Shown here: one piece after another, positions 18,459-27,700 of the stretch
Position numbering within the stretch: the first letter of the stretch is position 1
Layout: every line of letters begins with the position of its first letter
Sequence record: MZ443771.1
Direction: 5' to 3' (one strand)
Length of the DNA stretch: 64,000 nt
The notes under the pieces: generated by a model
Databases searched by the model: none
Told to the model about the DNA's origin: nothing
Seen by the model: only the letters and a program-made list of their open reading frames with translations
Made by a program: the position numbers and the translations under genes

Positions 18459-19633
18459 GCTGGCAGGTAACCGAAGTACAACAGCGTGTAGCCTTCGAAC
18501 TTGTAGTTCAGACTAAACGCGTTCAGGCTATTGATGCTGCTACCGTGGAAGCCCATGTTGTGACGTTCTTCACGACCGATGTTACGCAGCAACTCACGGA
18601 AGATACGCATGTCGAGAGAAGTAGTGAACTCTTTCTCAATCGGCTTCGCAAGTTTCAAGCTGTCCTGAACAGAACCGCTATCGTTGCCAAACTTGAGTCG
18701 GAACTCCTGCTTCTTGATATGCAGCTTCGCGTTCGTGTTACCCTTCTTCTCGATCAGTGTCGAGATGTTAGCGAACGGTGCAGACAGGTCGCCCTTAACA
18801 ACACAACCCAACAGCGGCTTACCGAGTTGCGCAATCATGTTGTCCATGTAGCGATAGTCTTCATCGCTTGCCTGAATAGGCGGCAGCGTCAGAACGAACG
18901 ATTCAGCTTCGGCAGCGAATGAACTGCTATCAACGTGGAACGTTACCTTCTCTTCACCGCAGAAGCGATACACGAGGTCGAACATCTCGCCGGTCATACT
19001 GAAACGGAACGGCTGCACTTTCTTTTTCAAGTCAGCACGATAACGAGAAGACGTCCAGTGGCCAGGGCTAACGAGGCTCAGGCTTGAACCATCGCAGATA
19101 ACACGACACATCACGGTCTGACCTGTGATTGTATCTTTCAGACGCGTCATCTTAACGCCCTGAGTCATCGCGTCGATTACTTCGCGTGTCATCTCATGAC
19201 CGCCGCTCAAGTGGTGACGCAGACCCTGCTCAACCATTGGGATTTGCTCGGCAGATACAGGACGCAGTTTAACTTCGGACTTGTACTTGCCTTTCTGCTC
19301 GCTGATATGCAGCATCTTACCGTCGAACTCAACGTTCAGCTCTTTACGCTTGCTGATCAGGCCGCCGAGTTGAATTGGGTCGATGTTCATGATCGTATCT
19401 TCATCGGCAACTGCACCGGGAACGAGATACGCAACGAACGTATCAGGTGTACGACCGAGAATGAACACGTCACCCTTATAGGTGACTAACAGGTGGATGT
19501 GCGTCAGCTTGTCGTCCGACTCGGAGAAACGAGTTACGCTATCCACGCGTTTGAGAATGTCCGACAGGAAAGTACCGTTCAACGTGATGTTGCATTTCTT
19601 AGCGGGGTTCTTCGGTAATCGACAAGTCTTCAT
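18455..19633 (-). CDS. dnaN: DNA sliding clamp, bacterial beta-subunit type
   Basis: 392 aa; repeated helix-strand pattern tracks the three domains of the beta clamp (ITLNGTFLSDILKRV..., MTREVIDAMTQGV...); next to polA, with a DnaX homolog in the window. Confidence 0.65.
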   Translation of the reverse strand: MKTCRLPKNPAKKCNITLNGTFLSDILKRVDSVTRFSESDDKLTHIHLLVTYKGDVFILGRTPDTFVAYLVPGAVADEDTIMNIDPIQLGGLISKRKELNVEFDGKMLHISEQKGKYKSEVKLRPVSAEQIPMVEQGLRHHLSGGHEMTREVIDAMTQGVKMTRLKDTITGQTVMCRVICDGSSLSLVSPGHWTSSRYRADLKKKVQPFRFSMTGEMFDLVYRFCGEEKVTFHVDSSSFAAEAESFVLTLPPIQASDEDYRYMDNMIAQLGKPLLGCVVKGDLSAPFANISTLIEKKGNTNAKLHIKKQEFRLKFGNDSGSVQDSLKLAKPIEKEFTTSLDMRIFRELLRNIGREERHNMGFHGSSINSLNAFSLNYKFEGYTLLYFGYLPA

Positions 19634-19892
19634 CTCTATCCTCTAAAACAAATTGTAGTGTGCCCTGTATATTTACAGCATTCAGGCGCTTACCTGTCTG
19701 TGCAATCAGGCCATTCAACACGCCGATAAGATCAGCGCTGTAGCAGTTCTCAGCAATCTTGTGGACGTACATATCGTCAGGCACATCGCCTGGGTTAAGC
19801 TGCCAAGCAGTACGCAAGGCAGCTCCCATGAAGGCCGGACGCTCCACCAGATGCTTGTTCAAAAACGAACATACATCTTCGGCAGTTATCAT
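19599..19892 (-). CDS. Hypothetical protein
   Basis: 97 aa, coupled to the polymerase stop. Confidence 0.6.
   Translation of the reverse strand: MITAEDVCSFLNKHLVERPAFMGAALRTAWQLNPGDVPDDMYVHKIAENCYSADLIGVLNGLIAQTGKRLNAVNIQGTLQFVLEDRDEDLSITEEPR
19670..19678 (-). promoter_or_regulatory. Putative replication-class promoter motif (CTGTAAATA)
   Basis: 37 nt upstream of the clamp gene. Confidence 0.5.
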
Positions 19893-22800
19893 TTCTTCGT
19901 AATCCCCTTGAGCGCCAGTTTGAGCATCGACTTGCTGATTTTGATTTTCTTCTGAGGCGCAGCGCCACCAGCAGCGGCAGCCGCTTTCTTCGCTTTCTCC
20001 TCAGCTTCATACTTCTCGAACGTTTTAGTGTTCTCAGGAAGTTCAGCAAGCCACTCTTTGATGTTCTTCTTGTCTTTGTTGGTGAGAGGATTGACTTTGT
20101 CCATAGAACGAATTTTGATATCGTTCGCCCAAAGCTGTTTCTTCATCCACTCAGACATAAGATGGTACTGGTCTTCCATGATAGAGTCCAGCGTCTTATC
20201 GACGTCGAGGTCTGTCTCACCGAGTTCATCACGTTTAATCTCAAGGCCATCTTTGATGATCTTCTTGAGCTGCACGTAAGAGAAGTTCCAGCTCTGCACA
20301 TCTTTCTCGGACGCACCGATTTCAAAGTCGATTTCAGGCACGGACGTGAACTCAAACCCTGCATGACGTTTCTGTACGACTTCGACCACTGCGCTGGTCA
20401 TCGCACGTTCGATCATATCGAGCGCAAGGAAGATCCATTTGTAATCGCAGTCAACGGTCAAGGAGTCGTGTACCGATACGTTCATATCGAAGTCTGGGTA
20501 CTCGCCATTTGCTTTGAAGTATTCGTACTTCATGCGGTCAAGAATACGAATCGCACTCATCATCAGGTCAGAACCAAAGCCCTGAACTGGACTGTTTACC
20601 GCGCGACGATCACACGCAGCATGAACCATGTTGGCTTCTTTGTGTGACTCAGGCAGCATCAAGCCCCAGAGATGACGACGACGACCAACAGGCGATTCAA
20701 CAAAGAAGTTCTCATGTGCAAACTTCTTAATCTTGTCGAACCACTTCAAACCAACAGGGAATCGCGTAAGGAACTTGCCTTTGATTTCTGCAATCTCAGA
20801 CACTTCACGACCTGTAGACTTCGCAAGACCTTTATCACCCTGCTGATAAATCAAGCCGAAGATAACTGTCTTAACCGCGTTACGTACGGACTTGGTTACG
20901 TCCATTACGTTTGGAATGCCGAAGAAGTATGCGGCATTGATTTTGTGAACGTCACCCTCTGCTTCGACGCGGTGTTCGATCCACGGGTCAGGCACTGTAC
21001 GATAGCGATGACGCAACGCACGACCCTGTTCGAATACGTCAGCAACGCCCTGGTCACCAGAGATGATTGACCAACCACGAACTTCATGCGCTGAGTAGTC
21101 GACCTTGATAAGCAGGCGATTCTTACGCGCAATCAGAATACGTTTGATCAGTTTACCCATCTCACTACGTGACGGTACCTGTTGCAAGTTCGGGTCAGAC
21201 GCAGAAGTACGACCCGTTACAACGCCGAGATAGCCGTACGTTGGTCGAATGGATCTGTCGTGTTTGAAGTCTTCTGACTCGCCCCAGAGTTTAAGCAGGC
21301 TGTTAACGTAGGCGTTCTTGAGCTTGTACGCTTTTCCGAGCTTCGAGTAGAGAGCAACAAGCGGTATATCTGCATACGCCGCCTGGAAGTCTTTGTCGAG
21401 CTTGCCCGTCTTCTTACCGTTCTCACGTAACTGCTCCCCTTCTTTCAGAGGCTTGAGTTTCATCACATCGAAGAACAGGATTTGTTTATGCTCCGACTTC
21501 GACATATCGAACTTGGTGACCTCGACTTTGCCCATAAGACCCATCTTAGGAACATTGTCGTCTTTGCAGATCATCTTGTTCGCAGCCTTAACTTCAGGGC
21601 TGTTCATGAACTCACGCTCTACGTTTCGAATCTCCTCGTTGATTGGGGAGTTCGGAAGGTTGAGCTTAAACAGGTAGTCGATATCAGCGCCAGCACCTGT
21701 TGTCTCAAGTATCGAGAACGCATGAATCTGGTCTGAGATTTGTTCACTGACCATAGACTCATACTTACCGTACTTGATATCGTTCGCTCGAAGCATCTGC
21801 TTCTCTGCAATGCGGAACGGCACGATAACGTCGAGGCCAGCATACTCTTGCACGTTTTCATCAAGGTCAACGTCTGCAATCGTCGCTCGCATCTCTTTAC
21901 CGAACGATACTTCGTGATACACGGTACAACCGAACTGCATCGTCAGGTTCGCCAAGTTGTAGTAACCGTTACCGGTGACGTTCAACAACGACTTGGCGTT
22001 TTCATCAAAGGCAAACTCACCCGCCTGAATATCCCAAACGTTTGCTGCGTAACTACGAATGCCGAAGTTAGAGCGCATTACGTTCAGGTCGAACTTCGCG
22101 TTGGTATAGATTTGATACTTGTTCGTGTTCTCCTCAAAGAAGTCACGGAACAGTTCTTTCACCTTACGCAGTTCTTTCGGACTGAATGGGCTGTCTCTGT
22201 GATAGACAGGTATGACATACGCTTTCTTACCGTTGTCCGATAACTGCACCGTCAGAATCTTGTTCTTGATACGGTTCAGGTTCTCGGTTTCGGTATCGAC
22301 TGCAACCTTCTTGGAACGCTTCATACGCTTCAAGATTTTCTCAAGCTGCTTGACCTTCGTTACATACACGAGGTCCCAGTTACGCTTCTTACCGCACGTA
22401 ACTTCGTCGATCTTATAGCGCATTCCCTTGTTCAGCCACGGCAACATCCAACGTGCCATGTAACCCAGAGTGTACGATGAACCTGCAATGTGCATCGGGT
22501 TCAACACTGTGTGGTAGCTGACGTTCGGTAGATGAATGAAGCTGTGCTTCTTCCCATCGAACTTTAACTTCGTTGGGATTTCAACACCGTACCAGTGCTC
22601 GTAGTGCTCTTTCGAGAACTGGATCTTCTCGTTGTTCAACGCTTTGAACGGCGCTTTACCAAACGTCAGGACGTAATCAGGTTTATAGTCTACGATGATT
22701 TCTCGCAGACGATTGGCGAACGCGGCATCAGCATCTTCCTTGAACTGCTCACCCTTGTCATACGTCTTGAACATGTTATACGAGATAACAAGGAAGCTCC

Positions 22801-23062
22801 AGTCATCGAGAGTAGTCTTTGTCGGGAAGACGTCCTCAAGATACTGCATCTGGTTCAAGAACAACTCACCTTCTGTCGAGGTAAAGATTCTACCACTACG
22901 CAGGTCTTCTGTCGGCATATGATCAAGGACGAGTAGCGCTTTACCGCCTTTAGCGCTTTTGCTTACGCTTTTTAATAATCGAACACCGTCATAGGTCTGC
23001 ATGTCTGCAAACTGCTCTGGCGGGTCGAAGTCGAGTGAAATAAACTTGGGTTTGTTCACCAT
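19889..23062 (-). CDS. polA: Family A DNA polymerase with 3'-5' exonuclease and N-terminal UDG-like domain
   Basis: Exo motifs DTETE, NAKFD and YAGLD; pol motifs TGRTSASDPNLQQVP, DYSAHEVR, RNAVKTVIFGLIY and VHDS; N-terminal GRIFTSTEGELF and PDYVLTFGK resemble family-4 UDG. Confidence 0.95.
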   Translation of the reverse strand: MVNKPKFISLDFDPPEQFADMQTYDGVRLLKSVSKSAKGGKALLVLDHMPTEDLRSGRIFTSTEGELFLNQMQYLEDVFPTKTTLDDWSFLVISYNMFKTYDKGEQFKEDADAAFANRLREIIVDYKPDYVLTFGKAPFKALNNEKIQFSKEHYEHWYGVEIPTKLKFDGKKHSFIHLPNVSYHTVLNPMHIAGSSYTLGYMARWMLPWLNKGMRYKIDEVTCGKKRNWDLVYVTKVKQLEKILKRMKRSKKVAVDTETENLNRIKNKILTVQLSDNGKKAYVIPVYHRDSPFSPKELRKVKELFRDFFEENTNKYQIYTNAKFDLNVMRSNFGIRSYAANVWDIQAGEFAFDENAKSLLNVTGNGYYNLANLTMQFGCTVYHEVSFGKEMRATIADVDLDENVQEYAGLDVIVPFRIAEKQMLRANDIKYGKYESMVSEQISDQIHAFSILETTGAGADIDYLFKLNLPNSPINEEIRNVEREFMNSPEVKAANKMICKDDNVPKMGLMGKVEVTKFDMSKSEHKQILFFDVMKLKPLKEGEQLRENGKKTGKLDKDFQAAYADIPLVALYSKLGKAYKLKNAYVNSLLKLWGESEDFKHDRSIRPTYGYLGVVTGRTSASDPNLQQVPSRSEMGKLIKRILIARKNRLLIKVDYSAHEVRGWSIISGDQGVADVFEQGRALRHRYRTVPDPWIEHRVEAEGDVHKINAAYFFGIPNVMDVTKSVRNAVKTVIFGLIYQQGDKGLAKSTGREVSEIAEIKGKFLTRFPVGLKWFDKIKKFAHENFFVESPVGRRRHLWGLMLPESHKEANMVHAACDRRAVNSPVQGFGSDLMMSAIRILDRMKYEYFKANGEYPDFDMNVSVHDSLTVDCDYKWIFLALDMIERAMTSAVVEVVQKRHAGFEFTSVPEIDFEIGASEKDVQSWNFSYVQLKKIIKDGLEIKRDELGETDLDVDKTLDSIMEDQYHLMSEWMKKQLWANDIKIRSMDKVNPLTNKDKKNIKEWLAELPENTKTFEKYEAEEKAKKAAAAAGGAAPQKKIKISKSMLKLALKGITKK

Positions 23063-23097
23063 CTAGTCCTATCAGTGCGTCACATATTGATGGCTGT

Positions 23098-23106
23098 TAT
23101 TTACAG
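23098..23106 (-). promoter_or_regulatory. Putative replication-class promoter motif (CTGTAAATA)
   Basis: Between a terminator and the polA start, 36 nt upstream. Confidence 0.6.
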
Positions 23107-23118
23107 ATTCCGAAAAGC

Positions 23119-23145
23119 AAAAAGGGCAGCCGAAGCCACCCTTTT
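23119..23145 (-). terminator. Intrinsic terminator (GGGTGGC-TTCG-GCTGCCC)
   Basis: Stem-loop plus T-run after 23155..24177. Confidence 0.85.
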
Positions 23146-23154
23146 GGATTAAAT

Positions 23155-24177
23155 TTACAGAGCTTTAACGGCGTCGTAGAACGCTGCGTAAGCGTCGCTG
23201 TAGAGCGTAAAGTTGCCCAGCTGTTTGAATGCAGATTTAGGCAGATCGCTTGGAGCACCAGCAGTCGGATTGTACTTCGCAACAGTGAATGCGCCACGGC
23301 CACGAGCTTGCTTAATCTCACCAATCATGCCACCGGACGGACCAAGAACAATACCAATCTTCTTGGTTTCGCTCATGACGAAGATACAATCTTCTTCCCC
23401 GCCCATATTGGCAACAGAAGCAGTTACGCTCTTATTAGGCGCAGGCAGCTTCATCAGCTTGAATAGAGCCTTGACGTTTTCACCTTCTCCGCCACGCATG
23501 AGAGCATTGTAGAGATTGTCATAGGACTCAGAGCGAGCCTGATTACGCGCAACAGTCTTAGCGCCAGGAGTGCCGCCAGTCTGTTTCTGATTCGGGCTCT
23601 GCGTCCACGTCAGACCTTCATCCAGACAGTTCTGACCAGTCATCGCTTCCTGAATGATTACGCGCTTGTTTTTGCCTGTCTCAACATTCTTCTCAGCTTC
23701 GGTCTTGGTTTTGTACGGACCTTTGATGATAATGTCGTTGGCGTGACGAGTGTGATCGACAACGTACCACTTGTTGCGTTCGATCTTACCGTTCGCATCT
23801 ACCGTTTTAGCACTTACCGGACGTGACGTTTTAGCAGGAGCGTCTTGTCGAATAGCTACAGGCTTGATCTTGATTGCACGAAGACCGTTGATTGTAGCCA
23901 CCAGCGTTTTGGCTTTGTACAGGTTCTTCATCGCAGTGACAAGATTCTTGCCCGCAGCTTTCTTGGCCAGTGCGGTAGTAGCATCGGCATCGTTCAGCAG
24001 GTCGAGAACAGCAGCTAGCTTTGCAGTGTCCAGCTCTTTGATCTTAACCAGCTCATCGATCTTCTTAACGATAAGTTTTGCGTTCTTACCGAAGAGAATC
24101 TCGGCATTAGCCAGTTGCTTTTTGTTAGCAGCGGAGATTGATACCACCGTGCCTGAATCAAGGGTAATGTCGAACAT
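23155..24177 (-). CDS. Basic Lys/Ala-rich hypothetical protein (possible internal head protein)
   Basis: 340 aa; N-terminal VVSISAA resembles the S-x-S tag. Confidence 0.5.
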   Translation of the reverse strand: MFDITLDSGTVVSISAANKKQLANAEILFGKNAKLIVKKIDELVKIKELDTAKLAAVLDLLNDADATTALAKKAAGKNLVTAMKNLYKAKTLVATINGLRAIKIKPVAIRQDAPAKTSRPVSAKTVDANGKIERNKWYVVDHTRHANDIIIKGPYKTKTEAEKNVETGKNKRVIIQEAMTGQNCLDEGLTWTQSPNQKQTGGTPGAKTVARNQARSESYDNLYNALMRGGEGENVKALFKLMKLPAPNKSVTASVANMGGEEDCIFVMSETKKIGIVLGPSGGMIGEIKQARGRGAFTVAKYNPTAGAPSDLPKSAFKQLGNFTLYSDAYAAFYDAVKAL

Positions 24178-24186
24178 TGTCGTTCC

Positions 24187-24732
24187 TTATCGTTTCTTGG
24201 TCCAGTTGTTCTGCGGCTTAGGCTGCTCGACAGTCTCAGGCGAAGTGTTCTCCTCAGAGATTTCTTCTTCCTCGTCTTCGTCTTCAACCTCATCGGCCGC
24301 AGGCTCAGGAGCCTGATTGGTATTGAGTACGGACGCTGCGATAGGTGCTTGTGCTACAGTGTTTACAGTAGCGACAGGTTCAGCAGCAGCCGCTTCACGC
24401 GCTTTGGCGACTTCACCAACAGCGTGTTCGTGCACCTTATCAGTAGTAAGCAGAGCGCCTTTCTCTTTTAAAATAGCATCTGCTTTCTCTTGATCCCACT
24501 GGTCCCACAGGATATCAAGACCCTTGAATGCGTAGTTCATGCCTTTCGGCAGCTTGCCACGGCCATTGAAAGGCAGACCGTTTGAAGGAGTAGCTGGCTC
24601 GAACTCGTCCATCATCTCCCACTTACGTTTTGCTTCAATGCACTTCGGTCCCCACACACCATCACACTGACCGTCGTACAGACCAAGCAGAGTCATGATG
24701 ACTTGGAGCTTCTGATAGAATTTGTTCAGCAT
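24187..24732 (-). CDS. Peptidoglycan-binding-domain protein with an acidic low-complexity tail
   Basis: LQVIMTLLGLYDGQCDGVWGPKCIEA is a PG_binding_1-type signature. Confidence 0.65.
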   Translation of the reverse strand: MLNKFYQKLQVIMTLLGLYDGQCDGVWGPKCIEAKRKWEMMDEFEPATPSNGLPFNGRGKLPKGMNYAFKGLDILWDQWDQEKADAILKEKGALLTTDKVHEHAVGEVAKAREAAAAEPVATVNTVAQAPIAASVLNTNQAPEPAADEVEDEDEEEEISEENTSPETVEQPKPQNNWTKKR

Positions 24733-24748
24733 AGCGAGTCCTCTTACG

Positions 24749-24769
24749 AAAGGAGGGGCCGAAGCCCCT
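24749..24769 (-). terminator. Intrinsic terminator-like hairpin
   Basis: AAGGGC-TTCG-GCCCCT followed by CCTTT after the SNF2 stop. Confidence 0.6.
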
Positions 24770-24775
24770 TACCTT

Positions 24776-27700
24776 TTAGACTGATTTGTTTTTCGACATG
24801 GTGAGTTTCAGCTTGTCGAGCGCAGTGGTCACACGTTTGATGTTCGTGATTGTGTAGCCAGCTTTCACGATCTTGTTGATGCGTGATTTCGCAGTAGCGA
24901 CATTCTTCACGAACCCAATCCACATACCTGGCGCCTGGTCGAACGTACCGAACTTACGAGTGTTCGGAATCTTCGTGCCAACAAAGCGTTTCATTTTCGG
25001 GTTGGTCTTGAGGTCAAACATGATACGCAGTCGATCTTCCATAACCATTGGGTATGCCTTGATGTGGTTCTTATCAGAGGCAGACTTATGCTTAACGAGG
25101 AAGAACTTCGGCAACTGCTCTTGACCCTTCGTGGCCAGCTTAACGTTGAAGCCCATGCGCGGCGTTGACTCGTCGAAGAAGTCCAGAACAAACTCCAGAC
25201 GCTTCTCGGACATACGGTCGAACGACAGCTTTTTCTTGACCTCGATGAAGTCAAGCAGTGCTTCGAAGTCAGCGTAGTAGGCGCAGTCGTAATAGACGTA
25301 ATCGCCGAACTCCACGAAGTCGAACTCTTTGAGCGCCTTAGCATCAGGGTCAGTTGCATCAGCGTACAGAGCAACGAATCCGTTGTACACTGTAGGCGTC
25401 AGCTCCAGAGCCATGTCACTACCAGTCGCTTCTGCCACGGCTTTCGCTCCAGGCTTCATGCGAGTAGTTGTGTTTGCCAGAGGAGGCAGGTCAGCGGCCT
25501 TACGACGGCGAACTTTCTTGGCAGCTTCTTCAACACCTTCGTTGATTGGCTTACCTTCTTCCTTGTTCTGCTTACGCTGGGCAACACGCGCAGCTTTACG
25601 CGCTTGCGCTTCGACCTTCTTCTCAGTCTCTTTGGTATCTGCTGTCTGCGTTTCGTCGAGAACGGTGTCTTCAACTTCAACACGGTTCGCTTCGGCATTA
25701 GCACGTTTGCGGTCTTTCTCATTCGCCCACGGCTTACGCTGTTCGAAGAAACGTTTCAGGTCAGCTTTATCCACCTTCGTTGCGATGTGAACTTTCGTCG
25801 CAGGAATAGAGACAGTCTCACCAGTTCCGGCCAGACGTACACGCACAGTGCTGATTGGACTATCTGCACGGAGCTTACCGTCAACCATACGAGCAGTGAC
25901 AGACACGATCAGACCGTTACCGTATTCAGTAACTACTGGCGCACGATTCAGAGAGTCTTTCAGATTCTCACCGCTTGCGAAGTTGCGGTTACGTGCCCAA
26001 TCCAGAATACGCTCCAGACCCCAGCCATGACGATCAGGAATCTTCTGGTTCGCTACGAACGGAGTCTGCTCCATCACGCGGAAGTCATTCAGAGCAGGCG
26101 TAGACGGCAGCGCTTGCATTGCTGCAACCGTTGTGCGACGCATCTCTTGGAACTCCTGCGATTCGATTTCGTTCAGATCACGTTTCGCCAAGAAGTACGG
26201 CTCGAAGTCTTTCATCGTGTTGTTATCAAGCAGGAGCGATGGGCTCATCTTGATCGGGTCCAGCTTATACTGGTCGAGTGCTTCGTAACGCTTGTTGCCC
26301 TTCTCATCGAAGCGCGTCTTCTCAAGCGTCTTCCACATCAGACGAGCGACCTTACCAACTTCCAAGGTCTTGTTCGTCATTACCCAGTCGATGAAGACAA
26401 CTTCACGAGCCATGTCGCCTGGCTTACCGTTCTCGTCCAGCTTCGCAGCAGCAACGTCAGGACGGAAGATACGCGCAGTAGACTGATCGTATGTGCCCGG
26501 TGACCACGGAGTATCGCAGCGGATGATACGGCTACCCATCTGCATGTTGTGGCCTTCGGAGATCGCTTGTTCGTTCGCAATCAGAATCTGAACGTTCGGG
26601 TCAGTTTTGAATGCGTCGAGGTTAGCGTCTTTGTTCTGGCCGAGCTTACCGACTTCACCATGATACACTACAGCGACTTTCTTATAGTTCGCTGGCAGCG
26701 CATTGTAGATCGCGTTTGCAGCACGGACGTAGCGCGTGAACACAATCAGTTTGCCCTGCACTTCCGGTTTCCAGTAGTCTGGATCATCCGGCGGCGGAGT
26801 CATTGAAGGCGGCAGGTCTTGACGCTGGAACTCTTCGGACTGCTTACGTGCCAGATACTTCTGTCCGTTGTAGACAGCGATATCCAATTCACGAGGCTGC
26901 ACACCCGGTTTCCATTCGAAGATCTGTTGCTCTTTAACCATAATGTCACGTTCAGGTTGCACTTCGAAGTGCTTCTTGATACGGTCGATAATGGTCAGCA
27001 CTTTGGCCGAAACGAAGTTGTTAACGCCAGCAGCTTCAAACGTCAGACGAGCAACGTCATCACCCATTGGGTCAGTCAGCATCATCTCCATACGCTGGAA
27101 GTACATGTTCAGGTCTGCGTTGCCCGCAAGCAGTGCGCCTAAATCATCGCCTTCTTCGATATCATCTTCGTCTATATCGGTCGCGTTCTCGTTGTCACCG
27201 CCACCAGTTTCATCGTCCTCGTCATCAGATGACTTAGACTTCTTGGCGTTTCGTGCGGCTTCGTCGAGTTTCTCCAGCACTTCTGCGTACATTGCGTTGT
27301 ACACTTCTTGGTGCAGAGCAGAGTTCGGAACTGACGGGTCATCGATCTCAACCTGAATGAAGGTATCAATCGGGTTCGGCAGCATGAACGCCCAGTGCTT
27401 ACGCTTGAACGAGATGAACGCTGTATGGTTTGCCATACGTGAGTGCGCACGACGAATCATTTCGATATCGTCTTTCGCGCCGTCATACGCAACATCCAGT
27501 GAGTCACCGAACATCGCAGGCGTCATCAGTGCAGCCTGACCAACGATATCACGCACACGGTCAGTTACCAGCGTACCAGTAGCGATACGAGCATAGCGAA
27601 CAGACGGAGCAGTGAAGACCGCTTTGGTGTTGAAGTGAACCTGAGAGCCAGCCTGACCGCCAGAGAAGTTCTTCACTTTGTGAGACTCATCGAGCAGCAC

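Noticed and set aside
19889-23062. Intein or intron in the DNA polymerase
   Set aside because: Motifs A, B and C are normally spaced with no C...HN splice junctions; the extra length is explained by the UDG-like domain.
23152-23160. CTGTAAATT as an extra promoter copy
   Set aside because: It is the last codon plus stop of 23155..24177 and sits upstream of a terminator, so it is probably coincidental.
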